DNA of 64,000 nucleotides, taken from assembly GCA_964636285.1 (NCBI GenBank), contig CAZWQF010000003.1:69226-133225 (forward strand), given 5' to 3'. How positions within the stretch are numbered: the first letter of the stretch is position 1; each line of letters starts with the position of its first letter. Positions 18,561 through 27,101 of this stretch are shown piece after piece. The translations under genes were made by a program, and so were the position numbers. The notes below the pieces were generated by a model that was not told the origin of the DNA, ran no database searches, and saw only the letters and a program-made list of their open reading frames with translations. This DNA is from an uncultured Candidatus Saccharibacteria bacterium. Its GTDB lineage: Bacteria > Patescibacteriota > WWE3 > UBA101185 > 2-01-FULL-41-18.

Positions 18561-21157
18561 AAAAGCTTATAATTTCATGCACAACTATAATTTTACTGCT
18601 TCTGACACTGATGGGCACGAGGGAGACTTTTGCTGCATACTGCACCAACGGAAACTTTAGTAGCTGCACTATGCCAGAGAATAATCCATGCACTTGCTGC
18701 GGTCCCAATTCTTCTTGCGGAGGGGGCTGGGCTTGTGAGAGCGGTACAAGTCAGAAATTTAACACATACGACGGATATACGGTCTGCCACTGCAGTTGCG
18801 GAAGTAGCGGAGGTCCTCAAATTACTGAAAATCCAAAGGGGTATCTTGATGGGGTAAACTGCTCTACGGGCAAAGCATATGGGTGGTCTTGCGACGCCAG
18901 TAATTATGATCACACGGTGCAAGTTGATATGTGGATAAATGGCTGGGCTCAGTATGTGGGGTTTGCAAGGGCAAATGTACCTGCAGAGACTGCTGTGGCA
19001 GACGCATGTGGAGGCAGGCCAAATAAAAGGTTTGAATTTATTCTTCCAACGTCTTTATATAATGGAGTGTTAACAGATCTACATGCTTGGGGAATTAACA
19101 CTGGAACTGGCTCAAATACCCAACTTGGGACAAGCCCTAGAGCTTTCATCTGCTCCGCCCCATTTCCAAACTGCAGAGACCTAACTGGACCGGAAATATC
19201 TGGGGGAATCTCAAAGGTAGTAATAGGAGCTCCTGCTAATTTCTCTGCTAACTACTTGAATAACAATGGAGTAGTAACAAGCCGAAATCTAACGGTTGTT
19301 AATAATACAGCAGCCTGTAGCAACATAACTGCTCCAATTATAAGCCCTGGAGGAGCTGGAAATGTTAATTTTAGCTGGACTGCACCAACAGCGGGACTGT
19401 TTACAGCCTATTGTAGTGCAAATAATGGAGGGACAGATTGCCGGGGGGCATGCGTAGGGGGACCTCCAAATAGTTTCCAATGCCCTGGAAGCAATGGAGC
19501 AGGGGCAACTACAACGCTTCAGGTATGCACCAAACCAAGGCATGTCCAGCTCATGTCAATAACTCCAAACAATGACTGCAATACAGGCAACGGATCTACC
19601 ACAATCAACTTTAGGTATAATATTCAGGATAACTATGGAGGACAATTAAGATTTGCTTTTTATATAAACAAGAATCCTGCAACTACACCGGTAGAATGGA
19701 CAGCTGCTTCGTGCGGCAATGGCTCAATGACTACTTTCCCTGGAGGGGATATCTGTGGACAGCTAATTGTTCCGGGCACGAATGGACTCACTTGTGATGC
19801 TGGGGGCAATTGTAGCTTGAGTTTTGCTTCCACTGTAGGCTCAGAATACGATGTCACGGTATCAGCTTGGAGCCCAACATGCTACTGGGCAAGCACAACA
19901 GGTGCAACAACTCAGAGGATCAATACTGGAACCTGTTCAAAAAACGTGACAGTCAACTTAAATCCAAATGATAACTGTAATTCAACTTCTGCAACAAACA
20001 TAAACCACAGTGGGTATGTTCAAAACACTAACCTCGGCCTACCTCAAGTTAATTTTAATGTGGTAAATGGCAGCGCCTTAGTTGCAGTACCATATGTCCC
20101 TTTGCCAACAGTCACTCTCTCAGATTTCTGCTTAAACGGAATGCCAGGAGCTACGCCTGGGTATAACTGGAGACTAGCATGTGCACGTGGAGGGTCAGCA
20201 ACAGACTATGCTGTGTCTGGATCCTGTGCAAGAAATGTGAATGTCAATGCGGAGTCATCAATAACTTATGGATTCAGAAGAATACCAATAAGCGGCTGGT
20301 TCCAATCACTTAACGGCGATGTATTCTCTGGCGCAGGGATTTCAAGGTATCTTCCATCAGTATCTGGCACATATGACACAAACCCATTTCTGATTGACGG
20401 AGTTAATCCTGCGGGTTCTGGTACTTCTGCGAGCGGGATCCTGATAGCAAGAAATAACATAGATATTAGAAACGAAGCTAGCACCATTGTAATATCAGGT
20501 TCAGGAGGATCGGCATCAGGACCAATCAATGTGAGAAGGTCAGCGCACGGTGCAGGAACATTTGCTTTTCCAGCAATTAACTTTGATGGGCCACAATCGG
20601 CTAATCAAGTATCGGGTGCAGCATGTAACACCTTTATGAGTACAGCTTTAATAGATAGGGTTTACAGGATGGATGCAGGGTGCCTAAATAGTGCTACTGC
20701 AGTAGCAACAACCTATAACTTTGCTGGAGGTACGGGTACTGTTGTTGTGTATGTAGATGGAGATATCAACATCAATAGAAGGCTTCAAAATGCTCCGGCA
20801 TCAAGTGACAGGCTAATCTTACTGGTGGACGGCAATGTAACAATAAATGAATCTATAGCAAATGTTGGACTAACACAGTCTAACCCTGGGGACATAGACG
20901 CCACAATTATTGCAAGAAACAACATTACCTTTAGATCAAACGGATCTCAAACTGACGAACCAATTAAGATAGACGGTTCAGTTATCAGCGGAGGAAGTAT
21001 CAGCTTTAGTAGAAATAGAGCAAACAGTGCAGACGGAAACACACTCCCAACCCAAGTGATCAACTACACCCAAGAGGATATACAAAACCTGAACAGGATT
21101 CAGTATTCTGTTGATACAGGCCTTTATACATCCGAGGTTACATGGGAGGTTAAATAG
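18557..21157 (+). CDS. Large secreted Cys/Gly/Asn/Thr-rich protein, candidate T4P-associated adhesin (paralog A)
   Basis: 866 aa with a signal peptide and an N-terminal Cys-rich knot (CTNGNFSSCTMPENNPCTCCGPNSSCGGGWACESG). About 40 Cys in total. C-terminal module VVVYVDGDININ...LILLVDGNVTI...IDGSVISGGSISF...EVTWEVK. It is paralogous to 22812..25589. Confidence 0.6.
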   Translation: MKKLIISCTTIILLLLTLMGTRETFAAYCTNGNFSSCTMPENNPCTCCGPNSSCGGGWACESGTSQKFNTYDGYTVCHCSCGSSGGPQITENPKGYLDGVNCSTGKAYGWSCDASNYDHTVQVDMWINGWAQYVGFARANVPAETAVADACGGRPNKRFEFILPTSLYNGVLTDLHAWGINTGTGSNTQLGTSPRAFICSAPFPNCRDLTGPEISGGISKVVIGAPANFSANYLNNNGVVTSRNLTVVNNTAACSNITAPIISPGGAGNVNFSWTAPTAGLFTAYCSANNGGTDCRGACVGGPPNSFQCPGSNGAGATTTLQVCTKPRHVQLMSITPNNDCNTGNGSTTINFRYNIQDNYGGQLRFAFYINKNPATTPVEWTAASCGNGSMTTFPGGDICGQLIVPGTNGLTCDAGGNCSLSFASTVGSEYDVTVSAWSPTCYWASTTGATTQRINTGTCSKNVTVNLNPNDNCNSTSATNINHSGYVQNTNLGLPQVNFNVVNGSALVAVPYVPLPTVTLSDFCLNGMPGATPGYNWRLACARGGSATDYAVSGSCARNVNVNAESSITYGFRRIPISGWFQSLNGDVFSGAGISRYLPSVSGTYDTNPFLIDGVNPAGSGTSASGILIARNNIDIRNEASTIVISGSGGSASGPINVRRSAHGAGTFAFPAINFDGPQSANQVSGAACNTFMSTALIDRVYRMDAGCLNSATAVATTYNFAGGTGTVVVYVDGDININRRLQNAPASSDRLILLVDGNVTINESIANVGLTQSNPGDIDATIIARNNITFRSNGSQTDEPIKIDGSVISGGSISFSRNRANSADGNTLPTQVINYTQEDIQNLNRIQYSVDTGLYTSEVTWEVK

Positions 21158-21160
21158 AGT

Positions 21161-22048
21161 ATGAGTCTTCTTAAAAAAATAACAGCCAACCAAAAAGGTC
21201 AAACTTTGGTATTTGTACTTCTAGTGATGACCGCAGCCCTTGCGGTTGGCATAGCGATATCCTCAAGAACAATATCCACTATCAGGAGAACTACAAATAT
21301 TGACACAGCATCAAGAGCTTTAGCCGCTGCGGAGGCTGCTGTAGAGTACCATCTTGCCAGAACTGCGTCAGAGCTAGACTCCCTAGCAGGTTACCCTCCA
21401 TCGGGTAACTCACCAAGTAATGTAACTCAATGCACTCAGGTAAGTAGCACTCCAATAAGATATCCAGGCACAGGAACTTTGGATAGTGATCTACAGACGT
21501 ATGCAGAAGTAATTGTTACTAGGATTGGTTGCATGTCTAATAACCAATCTTATGATGTAGAAGTAAGCCCGGATAAGGTCCTAGAACTCAGGCTTGATAA
21601 TGGAACCGATGGGGTAGCCTCTTTTGATATAACTGCTAGAAACCCAACTGCTCTAGGACTGCATATAATAGAGCTTTATCAACAGGGCACCCAGGTACAA
21701 TGGAGAAAAAGATCAGTGAATCTTGGAAGCTCAAACGCAATCAGCTCAGATACTAATATCACTACAGGGGCTAGCACTATAAATTATCAGACTGCAAATC
21801 CTGGTGGAAGCGTACGACCTCTTCTTGTTAGAATCCTGCCAATTAAATCAGCTCCAGGTAAAACATCCTTAACAATTAGAAATGTGTCTTCATACGCATT
21901 ACCATACCAAGGACATAAAATAACTGCCGTTGGGATAGTTGGCGGAAGCCAAAACTCAGTGAACAGAACTATAGTTGCTGCAAAATCTATCCCAGCACTT
22001 CCTGCAATCTTCAATTTTGGTGTATACGGAGAAAGTGGAATTAACTAG
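21161..22048 (+). CDS. PilX-like minor pilin (PilX_N-type prepilin leader, no Glu5)
   Basis: 295 aa. NQKGQTLVFVLLVMTAALAVGIAISSRTISTIRRTTNIDTASRALAAAEAA resembles the PilX N-terminal domain. Starts 4 nt after the preceding gene. Confidence 0.55.
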   Translation: MSLLKKITANQKGQTLVFVLLVMTAALAVGIAISSRTISTIRRTTNIDTASRALAAAEAAVEYHLARTASELDSLAGYPPSGNSPSNVTQCTQVSSTPIRYPGTGTLDSDLQTYAEVIVTRIGCMSNNQSYDVEVSPDKVLELRLDNGTDGVASFDITARNPTALGLHIIELYQQGTQVQWRKRSVNLGSSNAISSDTNITTGASTINYQTANPGGSVRPLLVRILPIKSAPGKTSLTIRNVSSYALPYQGHKITAVGIVGGSQNSVNRTIVAAKSIPALPAIFNFGVYGESGIN

Positions 22049-22114
22049 ATAAACCTACCAAATATTCTTCAGAATGTTATTGATTCACTAATCGGTCATT
22101 GTATACTTGACTTA

Positions 22115-22825
22115 ATGCCTAAAAGAGTACTCATTATCATTGTTGCCGTCCTAATATTTTTTATTGCGGGAATTTTTATATCAAAAAAGAATATAATCAA
22201 ATCAGTTCAGAGCAATATAAACAACGCAAAGGAACCATTATATGTTGAGACTTTAAAATCCCTGGTTGTTTCAGAACTAGCAAAAGAAAAAATGCAAGAA
22301 GGAGAGTGCGAAATCTCCGGCATTACAGGACAAGGTCATGCTTATGAGAATAACGTGGAAATTGAGCATAACGGTAGAAGATTAATAGTTTCCCAGAATA
22401 TATGTCTAGATAGAGTAGCACCACCCCAAACTACGAGTAGTGCTACCAGATTTGAAGGCGCTTCATACATACTAAACCAGATAAGTTGCCCAAATATTGA
22501 TAGTTATATAACATGCGCCAGGTTTGTTCAGGCCAAATTCGATTCCAAAAATGATAGGCTGATAAGCATGACTGAAAATAAGGGTAAACCCATCTATATC
22601 CTTCTTGAGAATAATGAGGTCACTATTAAAACTTTTGAGAATGCAAGATTAATCAGCTCGCAAAAAAGCAGACTTGAGGACCTAAAATTTGATCGAAGCA
22701 AAGAATATGGAATATTGTATGGCGACATTGCCTACCTATCAGATTTTAACTACAATAAAGAAAAGTTACCTATGGGGTGGATTCTATACTCAACCTTTAT
22801 AAAAGAATTTTATGTCATTAAATAG
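22115..22825 (+). CDS. N-terminally membrane-anchored protein, first gene of cassette B
   Basis: 236 aa with MPK plus a TM helix, the same architecture and position as 17826..18560. Overlaps the start of the next gene by 14 nt. Confidence 0.5.
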   Translation: MPKRVLIIIVAVLIFFIAGIFISKKNIIKSVQSNINNAKEPLYVETLKSLVVSELAKEKMQEGECEISGITGQGHAYENNVEIEHNGRRLIVSQNICLDRVAPPQTTSSATRFEGASYILNQISCPNIDSYITCARFVQAKFDSKNDRLISMTENKGKPIYILLENNEVTIKTFENARLISSQKSRLEDLKFDRSKEYGILYGDIAYLSDFNYNKEKLPMGWILYSTFIKEFYVIK

Positions 22826-25589
22826 ATTCCTAACATTATTACTATCTTTTTTTGTCTTACTATCTGGGCTAATAGTGCTTGCTAGACAGACCCATGCTAG
22901 TTGCTGCAGCAGTTGCTCAAATGGTAGTTGTACATCCAGAAGAGACACCGGAGTATGTGATGTGAATTTTGGCGCATGCAATAACTGCAATGCAGGTGGA
23001 GGAGTAAGTGCCTGTGCAGGAACCTGGAGTTCTACAAGCACAACTTGCGATGGGTTAGGTATGTGTCAATGGAACCAAAACGACGGGTGTTCTTGCCCAC
23101 CTGGGGGCGGCGGTGGGCCAAACAATAGCCCAAAAGGACACCACGACGGATCTACTTGTAACATATCAAACGGATGGTCGTGCGATGCAGATAACTATGC
23201 AGAAACGGTGAATGTCAAAATTTTTGTGGATGGCATTCATGTTGCAACTGTTCCTGCAAATGAACCGCCAAACAGCCCTTTAGATAGAACAGGTATTGAA
23301 GCCGAGTGCGGAGGGCAAGCAAATAAAAGATGGAGCTGGATAATGCCCGAATCGTTTAAAAATGGGCTTCCAAGAAATATAAGAGCCCAAGCCATTAATG
23401 TTGGATCCTCAGGCTCAGATAGAGACTTAACTAATACCCCTAAGAGCGTAACATGCGTCCCTGCCTTGATCCCTAACTGTAGAAATGTGTCGGGTCCAAA
23501 TATGACTAGTAGTTACGCAAGAACCACCCCAGGCATCTCCAGCAACTTCTCAGCTGAATACTTAAACTTTAACGGACCCGTTACATATAGAGGGATGTCT
23601 TTTGTAAATAATACTTCTCAATGCACTCTTCAAGGCGGTTCGCCCTTCACAAGCATAGGTGGCCAAGGAAATGTAACCTTTGGATGGGCAGCCCCAACAG
23701 CAGGATATTACACAGCATATTGTCAAGCATGGAACAACAACCCCGACCCAGATGTTGAATGTAGGGGTGCTTGCGTTAATGGGCTTCCAAATAGATATCA
23801 ATGCCCTGGAACTAATGGGCTTGGCGCCACTACTACGCTAAACATCTGTACACTACCAAAACCAGCAACTAACGTTGGTGCAACAGTTGCCCTTCAGCCT
23901 GGTTGCTCCACAAACTCAGCACCTCCAGGAAATGGACAGGCAGTTCTTAACTTTAAGTATGATCCAAATGATTACTCTTATCTGGGAAGCCCTGTATACC
24001 TTAACTTTTACATTAATGAGTTAACTGAAACCCCAACACTCAACTGCGCAGCCGCTGTTTTTCCAGATATTTGCCAAGAGGGACTTACGCCAGGATCTCC
24101 TGGATTAACATGTGATTCGAACGGGAATTGTAGCTACAGATTTAGCGTAATACCAGGAGGAAGGTATAGCGCAGTGATAAGTCAAAGAAGTACCTGTGGG
24201 TGGATGGAGCCAAGCTTAGCTTCCACAGTCACTTTCTCAGTTAATCAATGCCAAAGACCTGTAACAGTAAAAGTTGGGGAAACTTCTGATAGTAGCTGCA
24301 GTGCTTCAAACATAGATTCAACAGGATTTTCTGGCACAACAGTAAGTACAACTGTTTGGGGCGAAAATTTAGCAGGAATAAAGCTATATGATCCATACCC
24401 AACAGGCAAGGGTCTAAACCTGCTTGCAAGTCCTTCGAGCGGGGCTGTGAATGCGTTAGGTAATTTTATTACCAATGTTCAGTATTATGCCGGACCCACT
24501 TTTACAGGAGGTGGGTATACAACCTTTGCAAACTTCTGCGTTGACAATCTTCCAACAAGTTCGGCATATAGATACAGACTTAAATGCACAAGCAATTCTG
24601 TCTCATCAGGTAACTGCGCTTACAGAGTTACCGAATATCCGGTTGCCACACCAAATGTGAACATTGGTTTTGAAAGAATACCAGCGTCTGGTTGGTACCA
24701 AACTAACTATGGGGACGTATATAGTGGATCCGCAATAGATAAGAGTCTTCCTAACTCGATCACAGATGGTTCAATAGACTCTGACGGAATCCCTAATTTA
24801 GTTGATGGAGCAATAAACCTACCTAACAGCTCCAATGGATTAGTAGTTTCAGCAAATACAATTAATGTTAGGTCCTTTCAAGGAGCATCAAGAATATCAT
24901 CCGGATCCGCAGGCTATCAAAATTTAAAACTAAGTAATTTTGGTAAAGTGACTATTCCAGCGAGCATCACTTACTCACCACCCACAGGTGCAACCGCAAT
25001 ACAGGGTGGGGCATGCTCAAGCTTTTTAAATAATATAAACCCGACTAACAGGGTGTACAGCATGGATGCAAACTGCTTTAATCTGGCAGCGCAAGATGGT
25101 TCGGGTATAAAAAGGTATAGATTTACAGGAAACCCCTTGGGCATATCAGTTGTTTACGTGCAAGGATCAATAACTTTAAACAACAACCTACAGAATGCTA
25201 TAGGGAGTAATCAAAGGCTTGTCTTGGTAGTAAACGGAAGTATTACAATAGGAAACCAGGTCGGCTCTGGAAATCAAAGGCAACTTGTTGATGAAGGTGC
25301 TGTGGATGCCATTCTCTTTGCTAAGGAAGATCTTACTGTAAAACAAAGGGAAGGGGCAGAGCTTAACAACGATCTGCATATTGAGTTTAACGGATCAGTG
25401 ATTAGCAACGGAAATATACTATTACCAAGGAGTAGATCTGCATCACCAACGGACCCGAATATTGCCCCTGTAGAAGTTTTTGAGTACATGCCGCAAGATA
25501 TTGTGAGGCTTAACTTGCTTGAATATAGCCTAAATGGAAGCGATTCAACGGGACTCTACATAAGCGATATCAAGTGGGAGGTAAAATAA
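22812..25589 (+). CDS. Large secreted Cys-rich protein, candidate T4P-associated adhesin (paralog B)
   Basis: 925 aa with a signal peptide. It has the same Cys-rich N-terminal region (PKGHHDGSTCNISNGWSCDADNY against PKGYLDGVNCSTGKAYGWSCDASNY in paralog A) and the shared C-terminal module ending ...DIKWEVK. Confidence 0.6.
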   Translation: MSLNRFLTLLLSFFVLLSGLIVLARQTHASCCSSCSNGSCTSRRDTGVCDVNFGACNNCNAGGGVSACAGTWSSTSTTCDGLGMCQWNQNDGCSCPPGGGGGPNNSPKGHHDGSTCNISNGWSCDADNYAETVNVKIFVDGIHVATVPANEPPNSPLDRTGIEAECGGQANKRWSWIMPESFKNGLPRNIRAQAINVGSSGSDRDLTNTPKSVTCVPALIPNCRNVSGPNMTSSYARTTPGISSNFSAEYLNFNGPVTYRGMSFVNNTSQCTLQGGSPFTSIGGQGNVTFGWAAPTAGYYTAYCQAWNNNPDPDVECRGACVNGLPNRYQCPGTNGLGATTTLNICTLPKPATNVGATVALQPGCSTNSAPPGNGQAVLNFKYDPNDYSYLGSPVYLNFYINELTETPTLNCAAAVFPDICQEGLTPGSPGLTCDSNGNCSYRFSVIPGGRYSAVISQRSTCGWMEPSLASTVTFSVNQCQRPVTVKVGETSDSSCSASNIDSTGFSGTTVSTTVWGENLAGIKLYDPYPTGKGLNLLASPSSGAVNALGNFITNVQYYAGPTFTGGGYTTFANFCVDNLPTSSAYRYRLKCTSNSVSSGNCAYRVTEYPVATPNVNIGFERIPASGWYQTNYGDVYSGSAIDKSLPNSITDGSIDSDGIPNLVDGAINLPNSSNGLVVSANTINVRSFQGASRISSGSAGYQNLKLSNFGKVTIPASITYSPPTGATAIQGGACSSFLNNINPTNRVYSMDANCFNLAAQDGSGIKRYRFTGNPLGISVVYVQGSITLNNNLQNAIGSNQRLVLVVNGSITIGNQVGSGNQRQLVDEGAVDAILFAKEDLTVKQREGAELNNDLHIEFNGSVISNGNILLPRSRSASPTDPNIAPVEVFEYMPQDIVRLNLLEYSLNGSDSTGLYISDIKWEVK

Positions 25590-25590
25590 C

Positions 25591-26454
25591 ATGAGACAAA
25601 AAAACACTTTAAATCAAAAGGGCCAAACATTAGTCTTTATCCTCCTAATAATGACTGTAGCTCTAGCTATTGGAGTAGCGATATCAAGCAGAACAATCTC
25701 AACTATAAGAAGAACTACCAATATAGACACATCATCAAGAGCTCTAGCAGCGGCTGAAGCTGCAATTGAGTATTACCTTGCTAAACCAACAATTCTTCTA
25801 GATCAGGCTTCCGGTTTTACTGGACCAAATGATCGGCCAACAGAATGCAGTCTAGCAACACCGCCGGTTCCTAAAGTGTACCCAGATTCAGGAAATAGCA
25901 TTGGAAATGACATAAACACATCTGCAGAAATTGTGATTAAAAGAATTGGTTGTGTATCAGGCAGTCAAACCCATTCCTTTGATGTTGACGAAGGTAAAGT
26001 TTTTGAGCTAAGGCTAGATAAAACTCAAAACAACCGAGCAAACCTTAGATTTGACCTTGGGTCTACTAGGGCAGCTCTTTACATAATAGAGCTTTATGAT
26101 AGCACCGGGCTAGATGCTGTTGCTATGAGAAAAACTGGATATCTATTCAACTCGTTCTCGAGTTCAGAACTGAATGGATTCACAAACGCGTCAGGAGGGT
26201 CTTACCTAGACTATCAGACAAACACAAGACCTTATCTATTAAGAATCATCCCAATAGGTTCAAAAATCAGGATGACCTACTCAAGAACGGGCGGCTCGTT
26301 TAATATCCCATATCAAGCTCATGAGATCACAGCTACAGGAAAAATAGGAGGTTCCCAAAACTCAGTAACCCGTACCGTAGTAGCTACCAAAACCCTCCCT
26401 CACTTGCCTGCGGCTTTCAATTTTGCCCTGTTTTCAAAAACAGGAATAAACTAG
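25591..26454 (+). CDS. PilX-like minor pilin, paralog of 21161..22048
   Basis: 287 aa. NQKGQTLVFILLIMTVALAIGVAISSRTISTIRRTTNIDTSSRALAAAEAA is near-identical at the N-terminus to the cassette A PilX-like protein. Confidence 0.55.
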   Translation: MRQKNTLNQKGQTLVFILLIMTVALAIGVAISSRTISTIRRTTNIDTSSRALAAAEAAIEYYLAKPTILLDQASGFTGPNDRPTECSLATPPVPKVYPDSGNSIGNDINTSAEIVIKRIGCVSGSQTHSFDVDEGKVFELRLDKTQNNRANLRFDLGSTRAALYIIELYDSTGLDAVAMRKTGYLFNSFSSSELNGFTNASGGSYLDYQTNTRPYLLRIIPIGSKIRMTYSRTGGSFNIPYQAHEITATGKIGGSQNSVTRTVVATKTLPHLPAAFNFALFSKTGIN

Positions 26455-26506
26455 CCAACTCGGCTAGACAAAGGGTCAGTTATCTGGTAACCTACCAAAG
26501 GAAAAT

Positions 26507-26794
26507 ATGTCAGTAGCAATAAGACTATCAAAAGTAGGAAAAAAGAACCAACACTCATTTAGAGTTGTTGTTGTTCCAAAGAGATCTAAAAGAGATGGCG
26601 AAAATCTTGCCGTTCTTGGTTTTTTTGATCCCTCACATAACCCAGCTAGATTTGAGGTTGACAAAGCTAAACTTGAAAAATGGGTTAAAAGCGGTGCTTT
26701 GGTGTCACCAGCAGTAACTGAACTACTTGCAGGAAATTATAAATTCAAAAAATATGACCCTAAAGCAGAGAAAGCTGCTAAGGAACAAGCCTAA
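26507..26794 (+). CDS. rpsP: 30S ribosomal protein S16
   Basis: 95 aa, MSVAIRLSKVGKKNQHSFRVVVVPKRSKRDG is the S16 signature. Confidence 0.9.
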   Translation: MSVAIRLSKVGKKNQHSFRVVVVPKRSKRDGENLAVLGFFDPSHNPARFEVDKAKLEKWVKSGALVSPAVTELLAGNYKFKKYDPKAEKAAKEQA

Positions 26795-27036
26795 TGAAAG
26801 ACTTTTTAGAATATCTTGCCAAATCAATAGTTAAATTTCCAGAAGATGTAAAAGTTGAACACTCTACAGATACTGCTGGGCAGGACATACTGATTCTCTC
26901 AGTTCATAAAGATGATATGGCTTTAGTTATAGGAAAAGAGGGCAAAACAATCAAAAGCCTTAGAACTCTAGTCAAGGCAAAAGCTGCAAAGGAAGACAGA
27001 AGAGTAAATGTAGAACTTTCAGAACCAGCTCAATAG
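26794..27036 (+). CDS. KH-domain RNA-binding protein (YlqC/UPF0109 family)
   Basis: 80 aa with a KH motif VIGKEGKTIKSLRTLV. The conserved rpsP-ylqC pairing supports the call. Confidence 0.72.
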   Translation: MKDFLEYLAKSIVKFPEDVKVEHSTDTAGQDILILSVHKDDMALVIGKEGKTIKSLRTLVKAKAAKEDRRVNVELSEPAQ

Positions 27037-27101
27037 ATATTTGGCAACTAACCCTACAATTCTCATTCAAAGTTCATTATAATTAATTCACTAAGCGGAC
27101 T

